From assembly GCA_027484425.1 (NCBI GenBank), contig JAIXSZ010000020.1, positions 11,988 through 75,987 of the forward strand: a stretch of DNA of 64,000 bases, in the 5' to 3' direction. The first letter of the stretch is position 1. Every line of letters begins with the position of its first letter. Shown here piece after piece: positions 40,171-50,505 of the stretch. Source of the DNA: Sphingobacteriales bacterium. Its GTDB lineage: Bacteria; Bacteroidota; Bacteroidia; Chitinophagales; Chitinophagaceae. The position numbers and the translations under genes were made by a program. The notes under the pieces were generated by a model. The model was not told where the DNA came from. It did no database searches and saw only the letters and a list, made by a program, of their open reading frames with translations.

Positions 40171-41259
40171 TCAGTATTTGGTGAACAAGTCAAACCTTAC
40201 ATTTTGCTCTTGTTGTGACATCTGTAAAACTAAACCCAGTTTATCTGCAATGCTAACACATAAAAAAAGACCTAATCCCAACCCGTTGTGGGTTTCGTCT
40301 TTGTGGAACTTTGTAAAGGGTTGTGCATGCGTGAGATTGAAAGAAAGGCTAGATGCAATGGCGTTAGAGACAGAAAAATGAAAACCACTTTCGATAGCAG
40401 AGAGTGTTACCTTGGGCGACGAAGTAGCAGAGCTATTGAACTTCAAAGCATTATCTATCAACTCTGTAAAAAGCACACCAAGCAGCTCATTATCTACAAC
40501 ATTTAAAGGAGCGTCGGCACCACTCGTTGCAATATCTAATTTGTTTTGAAACAGGCCGTTTTGAAACCAAGAAATTACTTCTTTTAAAATACTTTTTGCA
40601 GATCTTGAATGACAAGACGTCTCATCACTCGTGGTCTGGTGGGTGGTGATGAGAGAGAAAAGCACCATGTTACGAGCATTACGATACATTCTGAAGCTAG
40701 ACGAATATATAGCTTGCACTGTGGAAGAGAAAGCTGCTGCACTAAAATTAGATTCCGCATTACCTAACATTATAGAGGCATTGAGAATACCATTGATAGG
40801 TGTAAAAAATTCCTGCTTAAAGCTAGCATTGAGTATGGTCATCCATTTTTTGTTAAGTTCCTCCTGCTTGAGTTTAGTGTGTGAAACGTTCACACTTATT
40901 CTGGCATTTATAGTATTAATCAGCTCTTTTGCAGAAAACGGCTTTGTCATGTAGTCGTCAGCGCCCATATTCATACCAATTCTGATATCTTTTTCGTCGG
41001 CATAGGCGGTGAGGAAAATGAAAGGGATTTTGTATAATAAATTGTCGGCTTTTACTTCTTTGAGAATATCATAACCGTTGATATCGGGCAAATTTATATC
41101 ACACAATATGAGGTCAATGGAATCAACGTTTTTCCGGAGCAAATCCAGACCATTTCTGCCATTTGAGGCTGTTAATGTATCTAGGCCACTTGCTTCCAAG
41201 ATAATTACGAGTGACTCAAGCAAACTAACCTCATCTTCTATCAATAATATTTTACTCAT
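40171..41259 (-). CDS. Receiver (REC) domain fused to a His-less histidine-kinase-like domain (degenerate HisKA + HATPase_c), 362 aa
   Basis: N-terminal REC (LLIEDE...LILCDINLPDINGYDI...TKPF). The H-box position reads KQEFFTPINGILNASIML, with no phospho-accepting His. The C-terminus retains a G2-like box, GLGLGLFLCVSIADKLG. It lies 4 bp downstream of the large PAS kinase. Confidence 0.6.
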   Translation of the reverse strand: MSKILLIEDEVSLLESLVIILEASGLDTLTASNGRNGLDLLRKNVDSIDLILCDINLPDINGYDILKEVKADNLLYKIPFIFLTAYADEKDIRIGMNMGADDYMTKPFSAKELINTINARISVNVSHTKLKQEELNKKWMTILNASFKQEFFTPINGILNASIMLGNAESNFSAAAFSSTVQAIYSSSFRMYRNARNMVLFSLITTHQTTSDETSCHSRSAKSILKEVISWFQNGLFQNKLDIATSGADAPLNVVDNELLGVLFTELIDNALKFNSSATSSPKVTLSAIESGFHFSVSNAIASSLSFNLTHAQPFTKFHKDETHNGLGLGLFLCVSIADKLGLVLQMSQQEQNVRFDLFTKY

Positions 41260-41262
41260 CTG

Positions 41263-44200
41263 TCAATTTGCTGGCAAAGAAATTTTGAAAATAGAACCTT
41301 CATTTTGAACGCTAGAGAATGAGATGCGACCATTATGTTTCTTCACTACATAATCTACTACCATCAACCCTAAACCAGACCCCTGAATGACACCCGCATT
41401 TGATGCCCTGAAAAAGGACGAAAAAAGTTTTTTCTGATCATCTTCAGGTATTCCTATACCGAAATCTGTTACCTCAAAAATAAGAGTATTATCTATCTTT
41501 TGGAGACTAATATGAGGGGGATTCCTCCCTGCTGAGTATTTGAATGCATTATTTATAAGATTGACAATAGCGTGCCTCATGAGCTTTTTGTCGATGGTTG
41601 CAAAACAGTTGTTTTCGCACATACAATGCACTGTTAGTGCTCTGCCGTCGGTATGTGGATTGTAGAAGTCGTTTTTAATATCCTCTACAAACTTTAGTAC
41701 ATCTATATTGTCTGGCGCATATTCCATTTTACCGGCCTCTATACGGCTTATCATCATCAGCTCATTCAGTATCTCGGTCATGAGTCGCACCTCTTTCATT
41801 ATTCTACCCATCATCACTTCTGGTTTCAGTTTGCTATTGATACCCAGACTGCCAGAATGAAACATCTCTAGAATTTCTGTATTGGCCTGAATAATAGCTA
41901 GTGGTGTGCGCAGTTCATGCGATGTGATGCGGATAAATTGTGACTTAGAGTTATTGAGTTCTTTTTCCTTAGCAATAATCTCGGTAAGATATTCTTCTTT
42001 CTTTACTACTTCGGTAATGTCTGATATCCTACCCACATAAGGAGCACCAGTGTTGATAACAGATGATGTTATGGTAAAATCGAGATAGATATCTTTACCG
42101 CTGGTAGTAGTGGTGTGTAATACACACGACTGTGGTAAACCAGTAATGTCGAGATTTTCTACGCTTAAAATATATTTTCGCTGCTCAGCCTGTGGTAATA
42201 TACTTAAGAAATTAACGTCAGTACTGTTAATGTCTAACTCCAGAATGCGCGCAAAGGAGTTATTAAAAAAGCTAATGCTACCATCAGCTAACCCAGTGAA
42301 AATGCCATCTTTTACAAGATTTAGCAATTTTAGTACTCTTGCTTCTTGAATTTCAGCCTTTTGTTTATTTTCTACTTGCTCGGTAATGTCTATGCCATAT
42401 CCTATTACAAACTTTACTTCATTGTTTGCATCAAGACTCGGATACATTATTCTGAGTATGTGTGCAAAGGTGCCATCGGCTTTGGAAATCTGGTCTATTA
42501 TACTTGAAGGTTGTTTATGCTGCAGCGTTTCGTTAAATATATGGCTTCTTTCATCAGCTAATTTGTAGTCCAAACCTTTGTAATCACAATATTCATAGTC
42601 GTTTTTACCAATCATCCAGGCCCTCATATCTGGATTATTTACTGCGTTTTTATTTATGAACTGATATCTATGATCCAATGAAAAAATGACTATATCTGCG
42701 GGTACTTCATTAAGTATTTCGTGGTAATATTCTCGTTGTTCGGCTATTTTTTTCTCTATAAATATTTGCTCTGTTACATCCATTCCAAACCCCACTACAT
42801 ACTCTGGATTGCCATCATTATCGAGAAATGGATACAGGAAACGTAGCATAAACTTTTCTGATCCATCTGGCAATATATGTTTATCTATGTTACTCAGCGC
42901 TTTTTTGGTGCTTACAGCTTCTCTAAACATACTATCTCGTTGCACAGCACGACTATTATCTATTCCCTTACGGGCACAATAGTCATACATATCTTTGCCT
43001 ATCAGCCACTCTCTCATTTCGTCATTTCTTACAGCGTTCTTATTGATAAATTCGAACTTCTGCTGAAGATTAAACATCATGACATCTGCCGGTAGCTCAT
43101 TGAGAATACGGTGAAAGTATTCTCTTTGTTCTGTGATTTTTTTCTCATGATTAAACCATTCTGTCACGTCCTCATAAATCCACAAAAAGCCTGATTCTTT
43201 GCTATCTACAACTACTGGGATGAATTGTTGTTTTAGTATTTTACCATCTGCCATCTCCACCTGTTTAGAGGCTACAAGGCTTCTGTTGGCCACAATATCA
43301 TTTATTCTCGAAAGTTCTTCTTCTGGATCGCGGAACAAATGTTTGACATACTGGAGTGCTTCAGCAGAATTGGCACCTACTAAAGAAAAATCAGTAGATG
43401 GCGCTTCTATTATACGATATAGCGCTTTGTTTACGAAAATAATGTTGCGGTTTATATCTTCGAAAAGTACCGCAGCATTAAAGTTATTGATAAGGGCCGA
43501 AAGGCGTGCTTCAGAATTTTTTAGCTCTTGTTCTAGTTTTTTAGGTTGGGTTACATCATTGTACTTCCATAGATGACCAGCATAAAGGTCATCTATAATA
43601 ATGGGTATATAGTCGCGCTCCAGAATGCGCCCATCTTGCAAGCAGAGTAAGTCTCCGGTTACCATTATTTGCTCCTGTAGAAGTTCGTTTACCCTACTCA
43701 CAAAACCATCTGGATTATCAAATAGTACTTTACTGTGTTCGGCCATACCGGAGCAGTCTAATCCTAACATTTGCTCTGTGGACAAGGGCACAGAAAACAT
43801 ATCACAAAATCGTTGATTGACTAATACTATTTCTCTGTTTTCGTTTTCGAGTAGTACAGCGGAGTTCAAACTCTCAAGTATGGTACTTAATCTGGTAGCC
43901 ATTTTCTTAAACTCCAGATCTTTCAGTTTATCGTCATTGATATCAGTAAGTGTACCGAACAATATGTGTGGTTTTCCTTCGGGTGTCCAATTAAGTACTT
44001 TACCTCTTGTTTTGAAGTACTTATGACAGTTGTTATTGCAATGCAGTTGTTGCTCTAGTGAAAAAGAGGGTTGTTCTGTATTTATCCCAGGAATAACATT
44101 CAGCATGAGATGGTTGTAATCATCAACACACATGGCACTTTTGAGTTGTTCGGCACCAAAGGTATCTGAGCCATTGTATCCCAATAACTCTTTAAACTTA

Positions 44201-45105
44201 TGAGATACCTGAAATTCATCACTTTGCAAATTGTATGACCATACGCCATCTCCTGCACCTTCCAGCGCAAACTTCCATAACTCTTGGCTTTCGCGTAAGG
44301 CGTGTTCGTTGGTCTTCAATTCAGTTACATCTTCAAAGAAATAGTACCTACCCTTTACTTCATTTTTCTTATCAAGTATAGGCTGAACTGTAGTTCTAAA
44401 CCAGAATGTGGTATCGTGCTTATTATATCCTATATTATCGAAAGTGAAAGGTTTTTTCTTTTTTACCATTTCGTCTACATAACTGGATGGAATATGTGTT
44501 GACTGCTTGCCATATATCACATCTCTGGGTCTTAGCCCTACAACATCTTCCAGCTTACAGCCTATAGACCTTTCAAAATCTCGGCTCACCCATTCTATTG
44601 CGCCCTTAGCATCAGTAATAGCTACGCCGCTTATGGTTTCAGAGTATTTTAGTTTTGCACCTGAAAATAGTGCAGGGCTGCCTTCGCTGTTGGAACCGCC
44701 AAACTGGGCTGCTATTTCAAACAATTCTTCGTTGGTGTTTTTAACAACTATTTTTTGAGCAGTTTCCTTACCTAGCTTTACATTGGGTGCACCCAAAAAC
44801 AGTACTTCATCTGAAGCGGAAAGGTATTCGAGTTCTCCTTGAATCATCATAGGATAATCGCCGGGCTTGACAAATGAAGCCAACAATTGGTAACTCTTGC
44901 CGCCAAGATCACCAAAATTAAATATTGAGAAATCGGGAGTTTGAACTGAAAAGAAATCTGTTATTTTACATCCAGATTGTATTCCAAACATTCTGCATAT
45001 ACTATCGCCAGCAGATTGCACCACCAATTCCCTGTTTACAAGTATGTAAAAAGGAAACAAACGCCCAATCTGATCTACATTAAACACTATACTACTGCCG
45101 GCCAT
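41263..45105 (-). CDS. Multi-PAS/PAC sensor histidine kinase (1280 aa)
   Basis: Several PAS-like modules with an internal tandem duplication. H-box ITSHELRTPLAIIQANTEIL, N-box NLINNAFKYS, G-boxes DFGIGIP and GSGLGLMVV. Confidence 0.75.
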   Translation of the reverse strand: MAGSSIVFNVDQIGRLFPFYILVNRELVVQSAGDSICRMFGIQSGCKITDFFSVQTPDFSIFNFGDLGGKSYQLLASFVKPGDYPMMIQGELEYLSASDEVLFLGAPNVKLGKETAQKIVVKNTNEELFEIAAQFGGSNSEGSPALFSGAKLKYSETISGVAITDAKGAIEWVSRDFERSIGCKLEDVVGLRPRDVIYGKQSTHIPSSYVDEMVKKKKPFTFDNIGYNKHDTTFWFRTTVQPILDKKNEVKGRYYFFEDVTELKTNEHALRESQELWKFALEGAGDGVWSYNLQSDEFQVSHKFKELLGYNGSDTFGAEQLKSAMCVDDYNHLMLNVIPGINTEQPSFSLEQQLHCNNNCHKYFKTRGKVLNWTPEGKPHILFGTLTDINDDKLKDLEFKKMATRLSTILESLNSAVLLENENREIVLVNQRFCDMFSVPLSTEQMLGLDCSGMAEHSKVLFDNPDGFVSRVNELLQEQIMVTGDLLCLQDGRILERDYIPIIIDDLYAGHLWKYNDVTQPKKLEQELKNSEARLSALINNFNAAVLFEDINRNIIFVNKALYRIIEAPSTDFSLVGANSAEALQYVKHLFRDPEEELSRINDIVANRSLVASKQVEMADGKILKQQFIPVVVDSKESGFLWIYEDVTEWFNHEKKITEQREYFHRILNELPADVMMFNLQQKFEFINKNAVRNDEMREWLIGKDMYDYCARKGIDNSRAVQRDSMFREAVSTKKALSNIDKHILPDGSEKFMLRFLYPFLDNDGNPEYVVGFGMDVTEQIFIEKKIAEQREYYHEILNEVPADIVIFSLDHRYQFINKNAVNNPDMRAWMIGKNDYEYCDYKGLDYKLADERSHIFNETLQHKQPSSIIDQISKADGTFAHILRIMYPSLDANNEVKFVIGYGIDITEQVENKQKAEIQEARVLKLLNLVKDGIFTGLADGSISFFNNSFARILELDINSTDVNFLSILPQAEQRKYILSVENLDITGLPQSCVLHTTTTSGKDIYLDFTITSSVINTGAPYVGRISDITEVVKKEEYLTEIIAKEKELNNSKSQFIRITSHELRTPLAIIQANTEILEMFHSGSLGINSKLKPEVMMGRIMKEVRLMTEILNELMMISRIEAGKMEYAPDNIDVLKFVEDIKNDFYNPHTDGRALTVHCMCENNCFATIDKKLMRHAIVNLINNAFKYSAGRNPPHISLQKIDNTLIFEVTDFGIGIPEDDQKKLFSSFFRASNAGVIQGSGLGLMVVDYVVKKHNGRISFSSVQNEGSIFKISLPAN

Positions 45106-45156
45106 AGTTTTTGTTTTATCTTCATTGGGCAGATTGAGCGATCAACTACCTTAGCT

Positions 45157-45540
45157 TCAGTTAGTAAATGACAACAAAATATCACTGAAGCGTTCCATAT
45201 AAAAAGGTTTTTCGAAATATTCCTTCACTGCCGTTGTATCAATATTATTGTTATTAGTTGTCTTCACAAAATCATTTCTACTATAACAGGAGGTGATGAA
45301 TATTTTCAATCTACTTTTAAGGTCTGTTTTATTTATTTCGTTTAAGAATGTATATCCATCCATTACCGGCATGTTCAAGTCTAAAGACACTAAAACTATA
45401 TCTTCATTATTTTGAATAATTTCCAGAGCTTGTTCTCCATTTTCTGCTTCATAGATTTCGAAACCATTGCTTTCCATTGTTCTTCTTAACATAAGTCTTG
45501 AAATAAAATCATCATCAACTATTAGCAATCGTTTGTTCAT
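45157..45540 (-). CDS. Single-domain response regulator (CheY-like receiver)
   Basis: LLIVDDD...VSLDLNMPVMDGY...EKPF. 127 aa with no output domain. Confidence 0.7.
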   Translation of the reverse strand: MNKRLLIVDDDFISRLMLRRTMESNGFEIYEAENGEQALEIIQNNEDIVLVSLDLNMPVMDGYTFLNEINKTDLKSRLKIFITSCYSRNDFVKTTNNNNIDTTAVKEYFEKPFYMERFSDILLSFTN

Positions 45541-45931
45541 TTAATCTTAGTTTGTATGGTTTTTTGATACAGATTGGTTCATTTGTTGAATGAAGTAAGA
45601 AATGTCCACATTAGTTGAATGCTTTTAGAAGATTAATATTTGTTGAATTTCGAGATCAGCCACTTTAGTTTATAAAAGCGTCTTGTTGACTTTCTAAACA
45701 TAGTAAGCTGAAAAATCATAATAACTTACCCAATTCCCAACTATAAAAATCAACAGCACCCTTTTTTTTGCCAGTTTTATTTGCGTACCAGACTGATTGT
45801 TATCTTATACCGTAAACCATCTATATATCAACCGGTTAAAAACGAATACATATAGGTGTATGTTTTGCTACAATTAGTTCTCGTTATGAAAAATCTACTT
45901 TTTGCAAAGTGAATAATATAGCGTGTCTACC

Positions 45932-46561
45932 CTAATTGAGAAATTTACTGATTAATTCTGCTTTCGACTTTACATCCATTTTTATGTAAATACTCTTGAG
46001 ATGGAAATTGATGGTATGAAAAGAAACATTCATTTCATTAGCCATTTCCTTATACGTGTACCCTTTTTTAGCCAGCTCTAAAACTCTTTTTTCGCGTGAC
46101 GTAAGTTCTTTGTCAGATCTTACAGCTTTGGCTGCATCCTGTACATTGAGTTGTCCCATTAGTTTTGTGAGTGTTTCTGGGTCTAGAAAACTACCAGTAC
46201 GCTCTACGTTGGCTATTGCATCATATAATTGTGTGGTACTGAATGGCTTATAAATATAACCATTAGCCCCATTTTGTATAGCCTTTAGTATTAGTCCTTC
46301 ATCATAGTCGCCGGTGATGACTATTATATTTACGCCATTGAACAAAAATTTGATTTCGTCTATAATATTCAACCCCATAGTATCGTCGAGATGAATATCT
46401 AAAAGCACAAAATCGGGCCTGCCGCACTGATGAGCAATTTCTCTAAGGTCCTTGAAACTACCCTCTGAAAAAGCAATAGTATGTTGCTTATTTATAGATA
46501 TAAAATCTTCCAGCGTTTCGCGTAAGCCAATGTCGTTTTCTAAAATTCCAATAGAATACAT
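45932..46561 (-). CDS. Response regulator with LuxR-type HTH (atypical receiver N-terminus)
   Basis: Receiver-like domain (VLLDIHLDD...IVITG...YIYKP) plus a C-terminal LuxR HTH (LTSREKRVLELAKKGYTYKEMANEMNVSFHTINFHLKSIYIKM). Confidence 0.65.
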   Translation of the reverse strand: MYSIGILENDIGLRETLEDFISINKQHTIAFSEGSFKDLREIAHQCGRPDFVLLDIHLDDTMGLNIIDEIKFLFNGVNIIVITGDYDEGLILKAIQNGANGYIYKPFSTTQLYDAIANVERTGSFLDPETLTKLMGQLNVQDAAKAVRSDKELTSREKRVLELAKKGYTYKEMANEMNVSFHTINFHLKSIYIKMDVKSKAELISKFLN

Positions 46562-46728
46562 GTCATGTATATTTGAATGCGAATTTACACTTATTTATAC
46601 GCTACAACACTACTATTGTTAGTAGTTTACCTGCTTATTTTAGGTGTATAAATTGATGGGTGTTTCGGCAATAAGCGCATGATACACAATACTAGTAAAA
46701 GGCATATGTCTCGCTGTCAACGTAAGTA

Positions 46729-48069
46729 TTACAACAATATCTTGTTTTCAATCATTGACATTTGTTGGTGGGTTACCTCCGCTATAAACTGCTCATACCC
46801 ACTGCGCCAACCTTTCCACTGGTCATCGGTACCAAGCGAAAAGTTGTGAAAAACTGTGATGAGAGTGCTGCCAGTTTGCTGTAATATTCTGGTCATTGCA
46901 TGAAGCCGTTCTAAAGCTGCCGCTGGAGTAAGCTTGGCCTCGAAGTGAGCTGTAGTATCCATAAAGCAAAAAGGAAATATACGCAACTGCGTCACAACAT
47001 CATTCTCCAAATCGTACCACAAAAATGAGCTGCCTGTGCCTGCCCTAAAGCCTAGATGAGTGCCATAACCCATAGAGTAATCTTGAGTGATATGGTTATA
47101 TAATAGTTGATGATAGGTTTCGGGTAGAATAGCACGTATGTAATGCTGCCGAGATAGGGACGTGCGCTTACCAGCCACCTGCTCCAGCAACATTTTTTCT
47201 TGACGAAGGGTATCACCCTTGTTGGCAAAGTAAGATGGGTGTATACCAATGTTACCATCTGTACATAAGTTCTTTATCACCCTTACCATAGCTGGGTGCT
47301 GAGGGTGAATGTTTTTATCGAAAGTCGAAGTGCGCCTTGCTGATAATACAAAGTATATTGGTGACAAACCATACTGCTTGTGTAGCTGGCGCATCCACCT
47401 GAAAGAGTCATAGGGGTCTTTTTCTTTCTTTTGTAGGACCTTGGCTCTGTGGCTTAGCTGGCGGACATCTGCCCGTAACAATGCTCTTATCAATGCACCC
47501 ACTATACGTCTTGCACCTTTGTGGAGGTGGGCATATGCCATGTCTATGTCGTAAGTGGGCAGAAAAACAAAAGCACCTGCTTGTAGTACGCTCTTGTAGT
47601 GATCTTGCAAAGTATTGCGTAATGCGTGAACCCACTCGTCTACAATGGGGCGCTGCAGCCATCCTTGCTGATACAAAATACTATTAGTGGCAGGATAACG
47701 ACCATGCTTGTCTGGCATGTATACTTCGTACTCCTCATAGCGGGTAAGTAGAAAAAAGATAGCCGAAAACATATCGAACGGTAGTGAGTAACCATCTGTA
47801 CCGCAGTCATAAAGTGTGGGTATACCTTGCCAATCGCCTATGGCTGGCTGCTGTGATGTAATACCGTTGACACCTAGTAAGCCCTCAGAGGGTATACTCA
47901 CGGCGTCGGGCATGGCTATACCATATGCCACAACGTGTGTAGCTGCTTGTGCTTCGGCTAGGGTATGCACAATGGTATAGTTGAGGTGCAGCCTTTCTTT
48001 AAACAGCCACTCGGCTACATAACGCAACCGAGTACTGATAAATGGGCTGTAAACAACTATACTATTCAT
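46729..48069 (-). CDS. Hypothetical protein, possibly polysaccharide-deacetylase-like (446 aa)
   Basis: The ATG giving MNSIVVYSPF lies 13 bp downstream of the lutB-like stop (the track ORF extends to 48129). The family call is weak, based on size and H-rich motifs (HPQHPAMVRV, IGIHPSYF). Confidence 0.35.
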   Translation of the reverse strand: MNSIVVYSPFISTRLRYVAEWLFKERLHLNYTIVHTLAEAQAATHVVAYGIAMPDAVSIPSEGLLGVNGITSQQPAIGDWQGIPTLYDCGTDGYSLPFDMFSAIFFLLTRYEEYEVYMPDKHGRYPATNSILYQQGWLQRPIVDEWVHALRNTLQDHYKSVLQAGAFVFLPTYDIDMAYAHLHKGARRIVGALIRALLRADVRQLSHRAKVLQKKEKDPYDSFRWMRQLHKQYGLSPIYFVLSARRTSTFDKNIHPQHPAMVRVIKNLCTDGNIGIHPSYFANKGDTLRQEKMLLEQVAGKRTSLSRQHYIRAILPETYHQLLYNHITQDYSMGYGTHLGFRAGTGSSFLWYDLENDVVTQLRIFPFCFMDTTAHFEAKLTPAAALERLHAMTRILQQTGSTLITVFHNFSLGTDDQWKGWRSGYEQFIAEVTHQQMSMIENKILL

Positions 48070-48082
48070 ATCTGCTACTTGT

Positions 48083-49456
48083 TTACGGTTTTTTTTCTTT
48101 CCACAATTTGTTGAACGATTTCTCGGCAAATGCTAATTGCGAGCGGTGCTTCACCCAACTATCTTTAAATAGATAGTTGACCGCCTTGCCCTTGGTTGCT
48201 GGTCCTACAATATTCAGCAGCCCTCTGCTGAGCATAGCTCGCTCCCAGCCGGCCCAAGCCGCATGTTCTCCAAAACTATTCAGGTTTTCGTCTACCGCTA
48301 TTTTGCGGTTTTCCAGTAGCATTTCGTGTATGTTTATCTTCAATGGGCACACTTCTGTGCAGTTGCCACATAAGCTCGACGCATAACTGAGATGTTTGTA
48401 CTCATTCATACCCTTAAGGTGCGGTGTTATCACAGCACCTATAGGGCCACTGTAAGTAGCACCGTAAGCGTGACCTCCTATGTTTTTGTACACGGGGCAT
48501 GCATTGAGGCAAGAGCCACAACGAATACAATACATACTTTCTCTCACTTCTTTGCGCATCAGGTTGGTACGACCATTGTCGAGCAGTATTACATACATTT
48601 CTCTGGGGCCATCCGTTTCGCCAGTGCGGCGTGGACCGGTAAATATGCTGTTGTATACTGTGACCTGCTGCCCAGTACCAAACGTAGCCAGCAGCGGCCA
48701 AAACAGGTGCAGGTCATTGACTGAGGGAATGAGTTTTTCTATACCCACTATGGCTATGTGTACATCTGGAAACGAGGTAGACAACCTGCCATTACCTTCG
48801 TTTTCGGTAACACATACACCGCCTATATCTGCCAGCAGAAAGTTGCCCCCAGTTACCCCCACCTGTGCCGATACATACTTGGCTCGCAGCTTGTGGCGGG
48901 CTATCATCGTTATCTCAGACGGGCTGAGGTGTGGCTCTGTGCCTAGCTTTTCGTGAAACAGTTTTGCTACATCCTCCTTGCTCTTGTGCATGGCGGGCGT
49001 TACAATGTGGTAAGGGGCTTCGCCATCTAGCTGCTGTATGTATTCGCCCAGGTCGGTCTCTACCGATTCTATGCCATGTTCACCCAGAAACTCGTTGAGG
49101 TGTATTTCCTCAGTCACCATCGATTTGGCTTTCACCACCTGCTTGGTGTTGTGCTCGCGACATATCTCCAGCACCGCTTGCTGTGCCTCTTCTACATTTT
49201 CTGCCCATATCACCTTGCCTCCACGGGCAGTAAAGTTTTTCTCAAACTGCTCCAGATAAGTATCCAGATGCTCTATGGTTTTCCATTTTATGTTTTTGGC
49301 TTTTTGGCGCGCTAGTTCCAGATTGGCATACTGGTGTTTGCCCTTTACCACACTGTCGTTGTACTTCTGAATATTGAAGGCTACCTTGCGCTTGTGCTCC
49401 AGGTCGCTGGCCTTCACTTCGCTCTTGGCAAGAAATATATTGTGCTGATCGGCCAT
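48083..49456 (-). CDS. lutB: LutB/LldF-type lactate-utilisation iron-sulfur protein (LUD domain + 4Fe-4S)
   Basis: Two ferredoxin-type Cys clusters (CIRCGSCLNACPVY and CGNCTEVCP) and an N-terminal LUD-like domain. Confidence 0.7.
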   Translation of the reverse strand: MADQHNIFLAKSEVKASDLEHKRKVAFNIQKYNDSVVKGKHQYANLELARQKAKNIKWKTIEHLDTYLEQFEKNFTARGGKVIWAENVEEAQQAVLEICREHNTKQVVKAKSMVTEEIHLNEFLGEHGIESVETDLGEYIQQLDGEAPYHIVTPAMHKSKEDVAKLFHEKLGTEPHLSPSEITMIARHKLRAKYVSAQVGVTGGNFLLADIGGVCVTENEGNGRLSTSFPDVHIAIVGIEKLIPSVNDLHLFWPLLATFGTGQQVTVYNSIFTGPRRTGETDGPREMYVILLDNGRTNLMRKEVRESMYCIRCGSCLNACPVYKNIGGHAYGATYSGPIGAVITPHLKGMNEYKHLSYASSLCGNCTEVCPLKINIHEMLLENRKIAVDENLNSFGEHAAWAGWERAMLSRGLLNIVGPATKGKAVNYLFKDSWVKHRSQLAFAEKSFNKLWKEKKP

Positions 49457-49587
49457 TGCTTGATGTTATACTTTATGCACAAAGTTACGAAGCCATACCC
49501 GCATTTGCAGGTTATTAAGCTCCCAACGAATGTACACAATGTATGAAAAAAATAGAAAATGAATGTTGCTAGTTGTGGCAGGCCTTA

Positions 49588-50307
49588 TCAGCCATATATC
49601 TCTATATGAATGTCTTTTTTGTCGTAGCCCATTCTGAGTATGCGCTCGCGGGCTTCGTCTACCATATCGCGCCAGCCACATAGCATAAACGATGCTGGCT
49701 GTCGCTGGCTGCATAGCTGCTCGTAGATGTCGTGTACATAACCAGTGCTACCCTGCCACTGCTCGCGCGATAGGGTGGGCAGGTAGCGGAAGCCGGGTAT
49801 ACGGGTTTCCAGTTGGCGCATTTCGTCATAGTACAGCAGGTCGCTCTGGGTGCGTGTACCAAACACCATATTTACCTTATACCCCTCTAGCTTGTGGTGT
49901 GCTATGTAGTGCAGCATGCTGCGAAAGGGAGCTATGCCTGTGCCTGTACAGATAAAAAAGTGTTCTTTTTCTTTTTCCTCAGGCAATATAAAAATGCCCT
50001 GAGGCCCACGTAGCGTTAGTGTGCTGCCTTCTTTTATGTTTTCGAATATGTACTTGGAGCCGCCAGTGCCGCCCTCTAGGTGTACAATAGCTAGTTCTAT
50101 CTCATTGCTACCATCGGGTGCAGAGGCTATGCTGTAGCTGCGCCACCGTTTGTTGCGCTGCTCGTGTATGGGTAGGTCCAGTGTCACAAACTGACCGGGC
50201 TTAAACATAAACGATTCGGTTTCGGGTAGTGTCACCCACAGGCGGCGCGTATTGTGCGTTGCCTGCTCTATCCGGGTCACTATTCCTTTTTGCCAGTTGG
50301 GTAACAT
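49588..50307 (-). CDS. Ferredoxin-NADP reductase-like FAD/NAD(P)-binding oxidoreductase
   Basis: RSYSIAS FAD-binding motif and GTGIAPF NAD-binding motif, 239 aa. Confidence 0.65.
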   Translation of the reverse strand: MLPNWQKGIVTRIEQATHNTRRLWVTLPETESFMFKPGQFVTLDLPIHEQRNKRWRSYSIASAPDGSNEIELAIVHLEGGTGGSKYIFENIKEGSTLTLRGPQGIFILPEEKEKEHFFICTGTGIAPFRSMLHYIAHHKLEGYKVNMVFGTRTQSDLLYYDEMRQLETRIPGFRYLPTLSREQWQGSTGYVHDIYEQLCSQRQPASFMLCGWRDMVDEARERILRMGYDKKDIHIEIYG

Positions 50308-50505
50308 ATCTATTGATAAAGGTACACATTTTTGCCCTGTAGGTGTATAGATGGTGGTGATAGGGGGATATGTGGGGGCGAAACCGAGTAGTATAATTCG
50401 TTACAAATTATGCTGAGTTGCAAAAGCTACAGATAATCAAGTGTATATCTTATGCCGCTATCTAATGATAGTAAATGACTATCTTTAAAGCTAAATTTTG
50501 ATATT

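Noticed and set aside
42110-44758. Multiple 60-125-aa plus-strand ORFs inside the 1280-aa PAS kinase gene
   Set aside because: They are antisense to a well-supported long gene and have low-complexity products.
49038-49955. Plus-strand ORFs overlapping lutB-like and FNR-like genes
   Set aside because: They are antisense within conserved genes and have no supporting features.
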